A DNA stretch of 42,884 nucleotides, taken from NCBI GenBank assembly GCA_046538155.1, contig JBKHJL010000005.1, positions 1 to 42,884 of the forward strand, in the 5' to 3' direction. This DNA comes from Candidatus Micrarchaeia archaeon (GTDB taxonomy: Archaea > Micrarchaeota > Micrarchaeia > Anstonellales > Bilamarchaeaceae). This document shows, piece after piece, positions 18,162-25,673 of this stretch (positions within the stretch are counted from its first letter, which is position 1; every line of letters starts with the position of its first letter). Below the pieces are notes generated by a model. The model did not search any database. It saw only the letters and a program-made list of their open reading frames with translations, and was not told the DNA's origin. The translations under genes and the position numbers were made by a program.

Positions 18162-18676
18162 AATCCGTTGAATAATGCATATCCGGCATACCCGAAAACT
18201 ATGAACCGCAGTATTCTCCCAGCGCCGCAGAAAAGCAGGAATCTGGTCCAGGGGACTTTTGCAGCCCCAGCCGCAAGTCCTGCAACATCAAAAATCGGAT
18301 TAGGAAGGAACGAAAGCACAAAAATCGCCCAGAAATCATTGGCATGTATCCACTTTTTCTGGTCCTGGAAATCCTTTCTTTTTTCAATAAGCCTGCCCAT
18401 CCCGTTTCCGAACAGGTAGGCAGTAAGCTCTCCTATTGCCGAGCCCGCGCCTGAAACCACTCCCAGGGTAAGCGGGTTGAGGGTTTTTGCCAGCCCCACG
18501 ATAACTGCCCAGCTCGGGACTGGTATCAGTATTGTTGCAGAGCCCATGAGGGAGATTATGAAGGCCCCCAGGTATCCCCAGTTCCCCAGCGCCTCAATCT
18601 GGTCGCTAAGCAGCAGCACAGTTGCCCCTATAAGCAGAGCAACAGCAATTTCCAGAATTGGCAGCTTTTTTACCAT
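18158..18676 (-). CDS. DedA/VTT (SNARE-associated) family membrane protein
   Basis: GYLGAFII, LIPVP, GSAIGELTAYLFG, LPNPIFDVAGLAAG, GRILRF. Confidence 0.88.
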   Translation of the reverse strand: MVKKLPILEIAVALLIGATVLLLSDQIEALGNWGYLGAFIISLMGSATILIPVPSWAVIVGLAKTLNPLTLGVVSGAGSAIGELTAYLFGNGMGRLIEKRKDFQDQKKWIHANDFWAIFVLSFLPNPIFDVAGLAAGAAKVPWTRFLLFCGAGRILRFIVFGYAGYALFNGF

Positions 18677-18747
18677 CGGAATAATTGCCGCACCAAGCTT
18701 TTTATAAAGTTCCTGATTAATTTCTCTAGATTTGTGAGGTTGTGGTT

Positions 18748-19908
18748 ATGTCTTCAAGAAATTATTTGTTTACTTCTGAGTCGGTTACAGAAGGGCACCC
18801 TGACAAGGTATGCGACCAGATTTCGGACGCGATCCTGGATGACCTTTTTAGGCAGGACCCCAATTCCCGCGTTGCGGCAGAAACAGCAGCCGCTTCCGGG
18901 CTGGTGCTCGCCTTTGGGGAGGTCACCACCCAGGGCTATGTAGATATCCAGAAGATTGTGCGGGACACAGTTGAAAGCATAGGTTACACAAAGCCGGAGT
19001 ATCACTTTGACCACCGCAGCGTTGGTGTGCTTTCTTCAATTATTCCGCAATCCGCCGATATTGCCCAGGGAGTGGATGAGTCCGGGGAGCATGAGCAGGG
19101 CGCAGGGGACCAGGGCATAATGTTCGGGTTTGCAACAAAGGAAACTCCTGAGCTCATGCCCCTTCCGATAATGGTGGCGCACAAGCTTGCGATGAGGCTT
19201 GCGGAGGTGCGCAAGAATGGCACTCTCCCTTACTTGCGCCCGGACGGGAAAACCCAGGCAACCATTGAGTACAAGGACCACAAGGCTGCCCGTGTGCATA
19301 CAGTAGTTATTGCAGCCCAGCACGACCCAGACATTTCCCTGGATAAAATCAAGGCAGATGTGCTTGAGCACGTGGTTAAGCCTGTCTGTGGAGAGCTTTA
19401 TGATGAAGACACCATCGTTCATGTAAACGGGACGGGCAAGTTCGTGCTTGGGGGTCCCGCAGCTGATTCCGGCCTCACCGGGCGCAAAATCATAATTGAT
19501 ACTTATGGAGGGCGCGGCCACCACGGAGGAGGCTGCTTCTCAGGGAAGGACCCCTCCAAGGTTGACCGCTCTGGCAGCTACTTCGGTCGATATGTTGCCA
19601 AGAACATCGTTGCGGCCGGGCTTGCTGACCAGTGTGAGGTGCAGATTTCTTACGTAATCGGGGTTGCAAAGCCACTTTCTGTATTCATAGATACGCGCGG
19701 CACCAGCAAGGTTCCGGTTGAGAAAATCCAGGAAGCAGTTTTGGGCAATTTTTCTTTCAAGCCCGCGGACATGATTGAAAAACTCGGGCTGCTCCGCCCG
19801 ATCTACAGGAAAACTGCCTGTTATGGGCACTTCGGCCGGGAACTGCCTGAGTTTACCTGGGAAAAAACAGACCTTACTGAAAAGCTCAGGAGTGAAGCCG
19901 GGCTTTGA
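18748..19908 (+). CDS. metK: S-adenosylmethionine synthetase, bacterial/eukaryotic type
   Basis: [56 protein letters not shown]. Confidence 0.98.
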   Translation: MSSRNYLFTSESVTEGHPDKVCDQISDAILDDLFRQDPNSRVAAETAAASGLVLAFGEVTTQGYVDIQKIVRDTVESIGYTKPEYHFDHRSVGVLSSIIPQSADIAQGVDESGEHEQGAGDQGIMFGFATKETPELMPLPIMVAHKLAMRLAEVRKNGTLPYLRPDGKTQATIEYKDHKAARVHTVVIAAQHDPDISLDKIKADVLEHVVKPVCGELYDEDTIVHVNGTGKFVLGGPAADSGLTGRKIIIDTYGGRGHHGGGCFSGKDPSKVDRSGSYFGRYVAKNIVAAGLADQCEVQISYVIGVAKPLSVFIDTRGTSKVPVEKIQEAVLGNFSFKPADMIEKLGLLRPIYRKTACYGHFGRELPEFTWEKTDLTEKLRSEAGL

Positions 19909-20027
19909 ATTATTCACCTTCCTTCTGCATAACTCTCTTCTCCTTGTTCAGGGCCAGTATCTTCAATACAGAGGTAGCCCAGTTTTTGATTGGAAGTGGG
20001 TGCGGGAACAGAGTTGTTATCTGCTGC

Positions 20028-20084
20028 ATTTACCGGCATTCCCGGTAAAAATTAAAATATTCAAATTTACCGGCATTCCCGGTA
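20028..20084. promoter_or_regulatory. Two identical 20-bp palindromic boxes upstream of the GHKL/STAS operon TATA box
   Basis: atttaccggcattcccggta at 20028-20047 and 20065-20084 (TACCGG-N5-CCGGTA), followed by TTTTAATA. Confidence 0.7.
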
Positions 20085-20116
20085 GTTTTAATAGCTTTTC
20101 TGCCCTAAATATTCCC

Positions 20117-21079
20117 ATGAAGCTCCATATCCCAAATAGTGCATTTCTGGGCAATATTGAGCCCTTTATCTCTTCATTTGACCTTTCTGAGCCTGAAAAG
20201 CTTGAGATAACTTCCAATGAAAAATGGATTTCTGTACATCCAATGGTTCTTTCCATGCTTCTTTCGCTTGGGCTTTCAGTTGGCAGGAAAAATGTTTCCT
20301 TCGGGGAACTAAAAGCCAAGTCCCGCCCATATCTGGAGAGGATGGGGCTGTTTAAGGAGCTTGGCGTGGATTCCGGAATTTCGATTGTAGAGCATGAGCC
20401 TTCAGGCAGATTTATTCCACTAAGTACGATATCTGATTCTGAAGAACTTACCCATTTCATAACTGAAATGGTTCCGCTTCTCCACACCGATGCAGAACAT
20501 TCAGAGCCCATAAAGTATGTTATCAGCGAATTGGTCAGGAATGTTTTTGAGCACTCAGAGTCTCCCCATGGAGCGATTGTATGTGCCCAATTTTATAAGA
20601 AGAGCAACCGGATAGCGATAGGGGTGGCGGATGCAGGAATTGGCATCAAAGAGAGCATCAGCGTTTCCCACAACCCTGCAAATGACCTGGAAGCAATCCA
20701 ATTGGCACTAACTCCCGGAGTCACGGGAACAACCAGCCGTTCCGGGGGCACTGAGCTTAATGCAGGTGCAGGGCTGTTTTTCATAAAATCAATCGCCAAG
20801 GTTAACAGGGATTTTTTTGTTATGTACAGTGGCTCTTCTTTGTACAAACTCCTGAAAACGCCCCAAAATAAAAGAATCCGGCTTTTTTCAGATCCCTTTT
20901 CTGACAGGTGTACAAAAAGGGAGAATCTGCCATATTGGCAAGGGACAGTTGTGGGGATGGACATATCATTGGACCAGCACCAGGATTTTGACCATCTTCT
21001 CGATTTGATAAGGAATGTTTATTACAAGGACATCAAGAAGAGGAAGAAAGAGAGAGTATGGAGGCCCAGATTTGTATGA
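20117..21079 (+). CDS. GHKL/HATPase_c protein (RsbW/SpoIIAB-like) with probable N-terminal STAS-like domain
   Basis: N box ISELVRNVFEHS, G1 ADAGIGI, G2 NAGAGLF, QGTVV; N-terminal YLERMGLF; no H-box. Confidence 0.85.
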   Translation: MKLHIPNSAFLGNIEPFISSFDLSEPEKLEITSNEKWISVHPMVLSMLLSLGLSVGRKNVSFGELKAKSRPYLERMGLFKELGVDSGISIVEHEPSGRFIPLSTISDSEELTHFITEMVPLLHTDAEHSEPIKYVISELVRNVFEHSESPHGAIVCAQFYKKSNRIAIGVADAGIGIKESISVSHNPANDLEAIQLALTPGVTGTTSRSGGTELNAGAGLFFIKSIAKVNRDFFVMYSGSSLYKLLKTPQNKRIRLFSDPFSDRCTKRENLPYWQGTVVGMDISLDQHQDFDHLLDLIRNVYYKDIKKRKKERVWRPRFV

Positions 21080-21366
21080 TTGTTGTTAAAATTCTTGAGA
21101 AAACAGGTTCCTTTGCTGAGAACAAAGATGTTGCAAGGGAGTTAAGACAGAACGAAATTTTGCCTAGTTTAGACCAAGGGGAGGAAGTAACACTGGATTT
21201 TGCTGGAGTGGAATCAACGACTCAATCGTTCATACACGCATTAATAAGTGACATACTCAGAAAAAAAGGCCCGGGGGTTCTGGACCGCCTTTTTTTTAAA
21301 AACTGCAATGAAACTGTGCAGAAACTAATCAAAATAGTTATCGTGTATATGCAGGAAACCGAATGA
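21076..21366 (+). CDS. STAS-like domain protein (DUF4325-like)
   Basis: VTLDFAGVESTTQSFIHALI; ATGA overlap with the HATPase gene. Confidence 0.85.
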   Translation: MIVVKILEKTGSFAENKDVARELRQNEILPSLDQGEEVTLDFAGVESTTQSFIHALISDILRKKGPGVLDRLFFKNCNETVQKLIKIVIVYMQETE

Positions 21367-21385
21367 ACCTTGGAAAAATAAGGGA

Positions 21386-21524
21386 TGCCAAGGGAGGGAC
21401 TTGAACCCTCGACCTCCAGATTACCCAGAGCGCCGATTTCAGTCATCGGCAAATGCCTCAGAACTCATAAAAGAACCAAATGCCCTTATGAGTCTGGCGC
21501 TCTAACCAACTGAGCTACCTTGGC
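21386..21524 (-). tRNA. tRNA-Met(CAT), elongator-type, with 65-nt intron at 37/38 (21422-21486)
   Basis: GCCAAGG acceptor, CCAGA-CTCATA^A-TCTGG anticodon arm, BHB with CTCA/TGGG helix; Ile2 identity not formally excluded. Confidence 0.93.
21422..21486 (-). ncRNA. Candidate intron-encoded box C/D guide RNA for Cm34 of the host tRNA-Met
   Basis: CTTTTATGAGTT-CTGA-GGCATTTGCC-GATGA-CTGA; guide complementary to ACTCATAAGGG with C34 opposite D+5. Confidence 0.65.
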
Positions 21525-21777
21525 TCGTTTTTTATGCTGTTTTATGCTTGTACAAAAAACGGTACTAAAAAACACCGTTTTATGCTACCTTCCTGTTTTA
21601 CAGGCAGGTTACTTCGGCGCAAAAAGCGGAACCAAATCTTAACGACCTTCGGTCGCTTCTCTTGAGCGAACCGCTCAAGAAAACACCGTTTTGCTCCGAC
21701 CTTTTGTTTTCTGCATTTGCAGCATTGGACCTCAGATTTGCCTTTCGGCAAATACATTCCATTTCCCTAATCGGGAA

Positions 21778-21885
21778 TGGACCCGCCCGGGATCGAACCG
21801 GGGATCTCCACTGTGCCCACACCTCCTGGAAAACTTCCCAGAAAGTGTTGTGAGAGTGGCGTCTTAACCACTGGACTACGGGTCC
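21778..21885 (-). tRNA. tRNA-Val(CAC) with 35-nt intron at 37/38 (21814-21848)
   Basis: GGACCCG acceptor, CCACT-CTCACA^C-AGTGG arm, BHB with CTCA/TGGG helix and hairpin intron; mature length 73 nt. Confidence 0.95.
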
Positions 21886-21915
21886 TTCGGAGTTGATATT
21901 TAAGACCGCAACTAA

Positions 21916-22058
21916 GTGACTACCCTTGCCTAAAAAGACAAGGCATCTGTCCTCACGGATAGATGGTCCTGCGTCATAGAGTTTACTTACCCATTAGATT
22001 TATAATGGATAGAGGTATCCCTCTCAACAGGCTTAACTTCCCGGCGCCCACCGGTAGC
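21916..22058 (-). ncRNA. TnpB omegaRNA/reRNA scaffold and IS200/IS605 right end
   Basis: Overlaps tnpB 3' end; hairpins CATCTATCC-GTGA-GGACAGATG and CCTTGTCT-TTTT-AGGCAAGG, ending GGTAGTCAC; boundaries approximate. Confidence 0.7.
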
Positions 22059-23105
22059 TCGTTTGAGTATGTTTTTAGCTGCATTGAGGTCGCGGTGCAT
22101 AGTTGCTCCACAAGAACATATATGCCACCTCTCCGCAAGTATTTTCTTCTGTATTGAACCGCAGCTGCTACATTCTTGAGTGGTATGAGCAGCATCTACA
22201 AAAACAATTTCAGAACCAGCTTCCTCCGCTTTGTAATGGAGCATTCTTGAGAACTCTGCCCAGCCGCAGTCAAATACGTGTTTTGCAAGGAAGGTCCTAC
22301 CCAATCTGTTTATATTGAGCCCTTCCAATGCAATTAAAGAATAGGAGTTAACCAGCTTCCTACTGGTTTTATGAAGAAAATCTCTTCTACGGTTGACAAC
22401 CTTTTCATAAGCTCTTGCTACTCGGATTTTTGCCTTTATTCTATTTTTGCTCCCTCGTTTCTTTCCCGAGAGCAGTTTTTGTGCTTGCTTTATTCTATTC
22501 GTTGCTTTCTTCAGATGCCTTGGATTTTCTATTACAAAATCGTCGCTTGTATGTACAAAATGATCTATTCCCAGATCAATTCCTGCTTTTGGCCCTCTAT
22601 TGAGAGTTGGAATCATTTCAACTTCTGAAGTAAATATTGCGAACCATTTACCAGATAACATTCTTTTTATTGTGAGTGTCTTGATTTTTCCTTTAACTCG
22701 TCGGTGTTTCTTGATTTGTACCTCCCCTATTTTTGAGAGTGAAAGTTGCTCATTTATTTTGAATCCAAACTGTGGATATGTGAAAGACTTCATTCGTTCC
22801 ATCCGTTTGAATCTGGGAAAACCAACCGTTCTGCCCACTTCCTTCTTTGCAAACATTCCTTTGAGGGCTTTAACGAGTTTATCTGCTACGTTTTGTGATA
22901 CTTGCGAAAATAACTTGGTTTTCTTTTTTGTAAGAGCATACAGTTGTTTTCTTGTCGGAAACCCACCAGTTTTTTCATAGTGTTGCTTTGTATGTTCAAG
23001 AAGGAAATTCCACACGTTTTTGCATTCATAGAGATAAGCCTGAAGCTTACTCTCTTGTTCTTTTGTTGGGTAAATCCTGTACTTCCAACTCCGTATGCTA
23101 ACCAT
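21987..23105 (-). CDS. tnpB: RNA-guided endonuclease TnpB
   Basis: KYRIYPTKEQ, GFPRFK, RuvC GIDLG / IALEGL / HRDLNAAKNI, zinc finger CSSCG...CSCG. Confidence 0.96.
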   Translation of the reverse strand: MVSIRSWKYRIYPTKEQESKLQAYLYECKNVWNFLLEHTKQHYEKTGGFPTRKQLYALTKKKTKLFSQVSQNVADKLVKALKGMFAKKEVGRTVGFPRFKRMERMKSFTYPQFGFKINEQLSLSKIGEVQIKKHRRVKGKIKTLTIKRMLSGKWFAIFTSEVEMIPTLNRGPKAGIDLGIDHFVHTSDDFVIENPRHLKKATNRIKQAQKLLSGKKRGSKNRIKAKIRVARAYEKVVNRRRDFLHKTSRKLVNSYSLIALEGLNINRLGRTFLAKHVFDCGWAEFSRMLHYKAEEAGSEIVFVDAAHTTQECSSCGSIQKKILAERWHICSCGATMHRDLNAAKNILKRATGGRREVKPVERDTSIHYKSNG

Positions 23106-23180
23106 TGAACTAATTGGATTTTCCGACCTTATAAATGAGGGGAGAGTACATTTCCAGTGTTCGTTTTATTCAAAACTCGC

Positions 23181-24185
23181 TTAATCCTCTGCACAAACCG
23201 TCTGAATCTGTGTAATTTTAAGTTCCAGCTCCACTTCCCGGTCAAGGCGTTCGCTAAGCGCATACTGCATTTCCGCAACCCTTTCTGAATCCAGCAGTGT
23301 AGGGGATTCAACTTCGGCTATAATGTGCCAGGTGCCCTTTTCTATGAAATGGCTTATCTCTGTTATTTTTGCATATTTTATCCCGGACAATTGCCCCTCC
23401 AGAACATCCATGGTTTCGCTTTCCAGGTATTTCTCTTCAAAGCTTGTCCACATAATCCAGCCCAGTGGGATTGCCACCAATAGCATAAGCGCAACCGAGT
23501 TGTAGATTTTCTTCCTGGTTTCCTCCTCGTCCCAGTACCAGGTGGGGCCCAGCCCCACCATCCAGAAAACAATGTACCCGGCGAGGTTTATCGCAATTAT
23601 ATTGGAAACAAACAGCAGGAGGGCACCCAGGGTGAACTCCAGCCCCAGCCTGAGCCCAATGGATATCCCTACAACACAGAGCGGCGGTATCAATGCCACT
23701 GATACCGCAATTCCAGGGAGGGTATAATCCAGCCTTTTTGCTATTGCGTATGCCCCTGCAAGCCCGCTTGCAAACGCAATCCCCAGGTCCAGCAGGGTGG
23801 GCTGCGTCCTCAAAAGGAACTCTGCATTCAGCTCGTATGCAGGCATTAGGTAGGACACAACTATCGCAATCAGTACTGCAAGAATCGCCCCTTTTACCTC
23901 CCCCTTTATGGAGCGGTTGAACATTGCAAGGTCCCCCTTTACCCCTGCCATGGAAAACGAAAGCACCGGAAGCATCAGGGGGGCAACAACCATCGCCCCA
24001 ATTACCACTACAGTATTTCCTGTGATTATTCCGAGTGTTGCAATAACTGCTGCCAGCCCGGTCATCAAATAGAAGTCGTTTGAGGGGTATGCGCCCTTCC
24101 TGAGCCCCTCCACCACCCTTGCCTTTTCCTCCTTGGTAAGCTCTGTAAAGTGCCTGTTAATGAACTTCTGGAGGGGCCGGAGCAT
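23181..24185 (-). CDS. DUF389/TIGR00341-family membrane protein
   Basis: VIGAMVVAPLM, RTQPTLLDLGIAFASGLAGA, LPGIAVSVALIPPLCVVG, SNIIAINLAG. Confidence 0.9.
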   Translation of the reverse strand: MLRPLQKFINRHFTELTKEEKARVVEGLRKGAYPSNDFYLMTGLAAVIATLGIITGNTVVVIGAMVVAPLMLPVLSFSMAGVKGDLAMFNRSIKGEVKGAILAVLIAIVVSYLMPAYELNAEFLLRTQPTLLDLGIAFASGLAGAYAIAKRLDYTLPGIAVSVALIPPLCVVGISIGLRLGLEFTLGALLLFVSNIIAINLAGYIVFWMVGLGPTWYWDEEETRKKIYNSVALMLLVAIPLGWIMWTSFEEKYLESETMDVLEGQLSGIKYAKITEISHFIEKGTWHIIAEVESPTLLDSERVAEMQYALSERLDREVELELKITQIQTVCAED

Positions 24186-24239
24186 GGGTTTTCTTTTGGA
24201 ATGTAAATTTTAATAGATTTGCATTGAATAGTTAAACAG

Positions 24240-24647
24240 ATGGACATACACAAGGACCTGCTGGAGAAAGTAGGGGACAAGAGCTGGGAAGAGATTGCGC
24301 TTATTGCGCGGGATTTAGAAGTAAAAATAGACCATGAGGATAAGGAGGCAAGGCAGCTGGAGAAAAAAATGCAGGTAATCAAGCAGGTTCTCTATGAGAC
24401 CATGCATGACCCTGAGAGGATGAAGCACCTTAGCTCCAAGTTCTATGTTCGCCTGAACAAGCTGATGGATGAAATGGAGGGCAAGCTCACGAAGTACCGC
24501 TCAGACAGGCAGGAGTTCGTGGTTTTTATCCGCATACTCCTTACCAAGCTCAAAAAGGAGAAACTGGTTGTTACGCATAAGCTTGACCGCAGGGTGGAGT
24601 TCGGGAAGCACAAGGGAGATGCAGAGTCCACCAAGAAAGAGGGATAG
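24240..24647 (+). CDS. Hypothetical coiled-coil protein
   Basis: Charged helical 135-aa ORF ending 2 nt before the PGI start. Confidence 0.75.
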   Translation: MDIHKDLLEKVGDKSWEEIALIARDLEVKIDHEDKEARQLEKKMQVIKQVLYETMHDPERMKHLSSKFYVRLNKLMDEMEGKLTKYRSDRQEFVVFIRILLTKLKKEKLVVTHKLDRRVEFGKHKGDAESTKKEG

Positions 24648-24649
24648 CA

Positions 24650-25354
24650 ATGCTGTTTTATGAAGAGCCATTCAGGCTCGAGCTAATTGGCAGGATGCTG
24701 CACAAGGATGGCACTGAATTAGAGTATTCCACCCGTTCGGTTTCCCAGCTTTCCGATGTTCTTATGGACCCAAAGAAATCCGGCCCGGATGGAATTGCAT
24801 ACTATATGTACCGTGAAGTTTATGGGCATGGGAGCCTCCGCTATGACATTACTGTTGTGCCCCCGCGCATGTTCGGGGAAGAGTTCGTGAAAACCTACGG
24901 GCATTACCACCCCAAGGCCAAGGGTAATCTTTCCTACCCTGAGATTTACCAGATTTTGAATGGGGATGCAGTATTTATCATGCAGACCCCCCACCGTGAT
25001 GGCAGCATGGACTGCATAATCACTAAATGCACGAAAGGCGATATTGTGTTTGTCCCTCCGAATTATGGGCATGTAATGGTTAACTCCAGCCCGAATTCAA
25101 CCCTTGTCTCTTCCAATGTTGTTTCCAGCTCGTTTTCCTCCCTTTATGAGGAGTATAAGGAGAACCACGGTGCTGCTTATTATTATACAAAAGACGGCTT
25201 AACCCAAAACCTAAAATGCATAATCCGCAAAACCGAAAATCTTTCCCCGCGTGAGCTCCTTGCCCGCAATAGGCTTATGCTCAATGACCTTTTGGAAGAA
25301 ATTACAACCAGACCTGAAAAGCTTGAATTCCTCGAAGACCCTTCCCTTCTTTAG
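24650..25354 (+). CDS. Cupin-type (archaeal) glucose-6-phosphate isomerase family protein
   Basis: LRYDITV, KTYGHYH, YPEIY, VPPNYGHVMVN, HGAAYY. Confidence 0.9.
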   Translation: MLFYEEPFRLELIGRMLHKDGTELEYSTRSVSQLSDVLMDPKKSGPDGIAYYMYREVYGHGSLRYDITVVPPRMFGEEFVKTYGHYHPKAKGNLSYPEIYQILNGDAVFIMQTPHRDGSMDCIITKCTKGDIVFVPPNYGHVMVNSSPNSTLVSSNVVSSSFSSLYEEYKENHGAAYYYTKDGLTQNLKCIIRKTENLSPRELLARNRLMLNDLLEEITTRPEKLEFLEDPSLL

Positions 25355-25623
25355 GCAGCTTTCCCCGAGCCAATCCTTTGTTTCCCGGTGCGGTTTCAGG
25401 CATATGGCTACAAAAATCTATTGTTTGTTTATTTGTATTTATACAAAAGTGCGCACTATAATGCGCATTTTTGGCTGTTTTTGCGCAATGCACTGCGTAT
25501 TTTTTTGCACAGCCAAACAGGAAGCGTTCTATTGTTTTATATCTTATGCTACTCAGGATATACACAAAATCTACTATGCGGTTATTATGATTTCCCATTT
25601 ATCTTCATTTTTACTTCTGTAAT

Positions 25624-25673
25624 AAAACATAGAGTTTAAACTCTATAAATGTTATTGTTTGGACTCTACTTTT
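25624..25673. repeat. 50-bp direct repeat, left copy (contains the ATPase stop codon)
   Basis: 49/50 identical to 27101-27150; includes perfect palindrome ATAGAGTTTAAACTCTAT (25629-25646). Confidence 0.95.

Larger units (their letters stand above)
21916..23140 (-). mobile_element. IS200/IS605-family tnpB-only element (IS1341-like); left end not resolved
   Basis: tnpB plus right-end hairpin, no tnpA, visibly AT-richer than flanks. Confidence 0.75.

Noticed and set aside
20028..20084. Mini CRISPR array
   Set aside because: Only two 20-bp repeats with a 17-nt spacer and no cas genes; no CRISPR array was seen anywhere in the window
19775..20116. N-terminal extensions in the ORF track (also starts at 357, 1817, 2379, 5502, 15242, 34339)
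   Set aside because: They overlap tRNAs, promoters or neighbouring genes; family motifs begin at the downstream starts
19909..20116. att duplicate of the tRNA-Met 3' end bounding the GHKL/STAS pair
   Set aside because: No copy of the tRNA-Met 3' sequence found in this interval
21542..21822. Cys-containing small ORFs between tRNA-Met and tRNA-Val
   Set aside because: No family motif, one overlaps the tRNA, and the region is better explained as a hairpin array
25251..25639. Overlapping 83-123 aa ORFs in the AT-rich gap after pgi
   Set aside because: Implausible composition, overlap with pgi, no motif; may be decayed sequence
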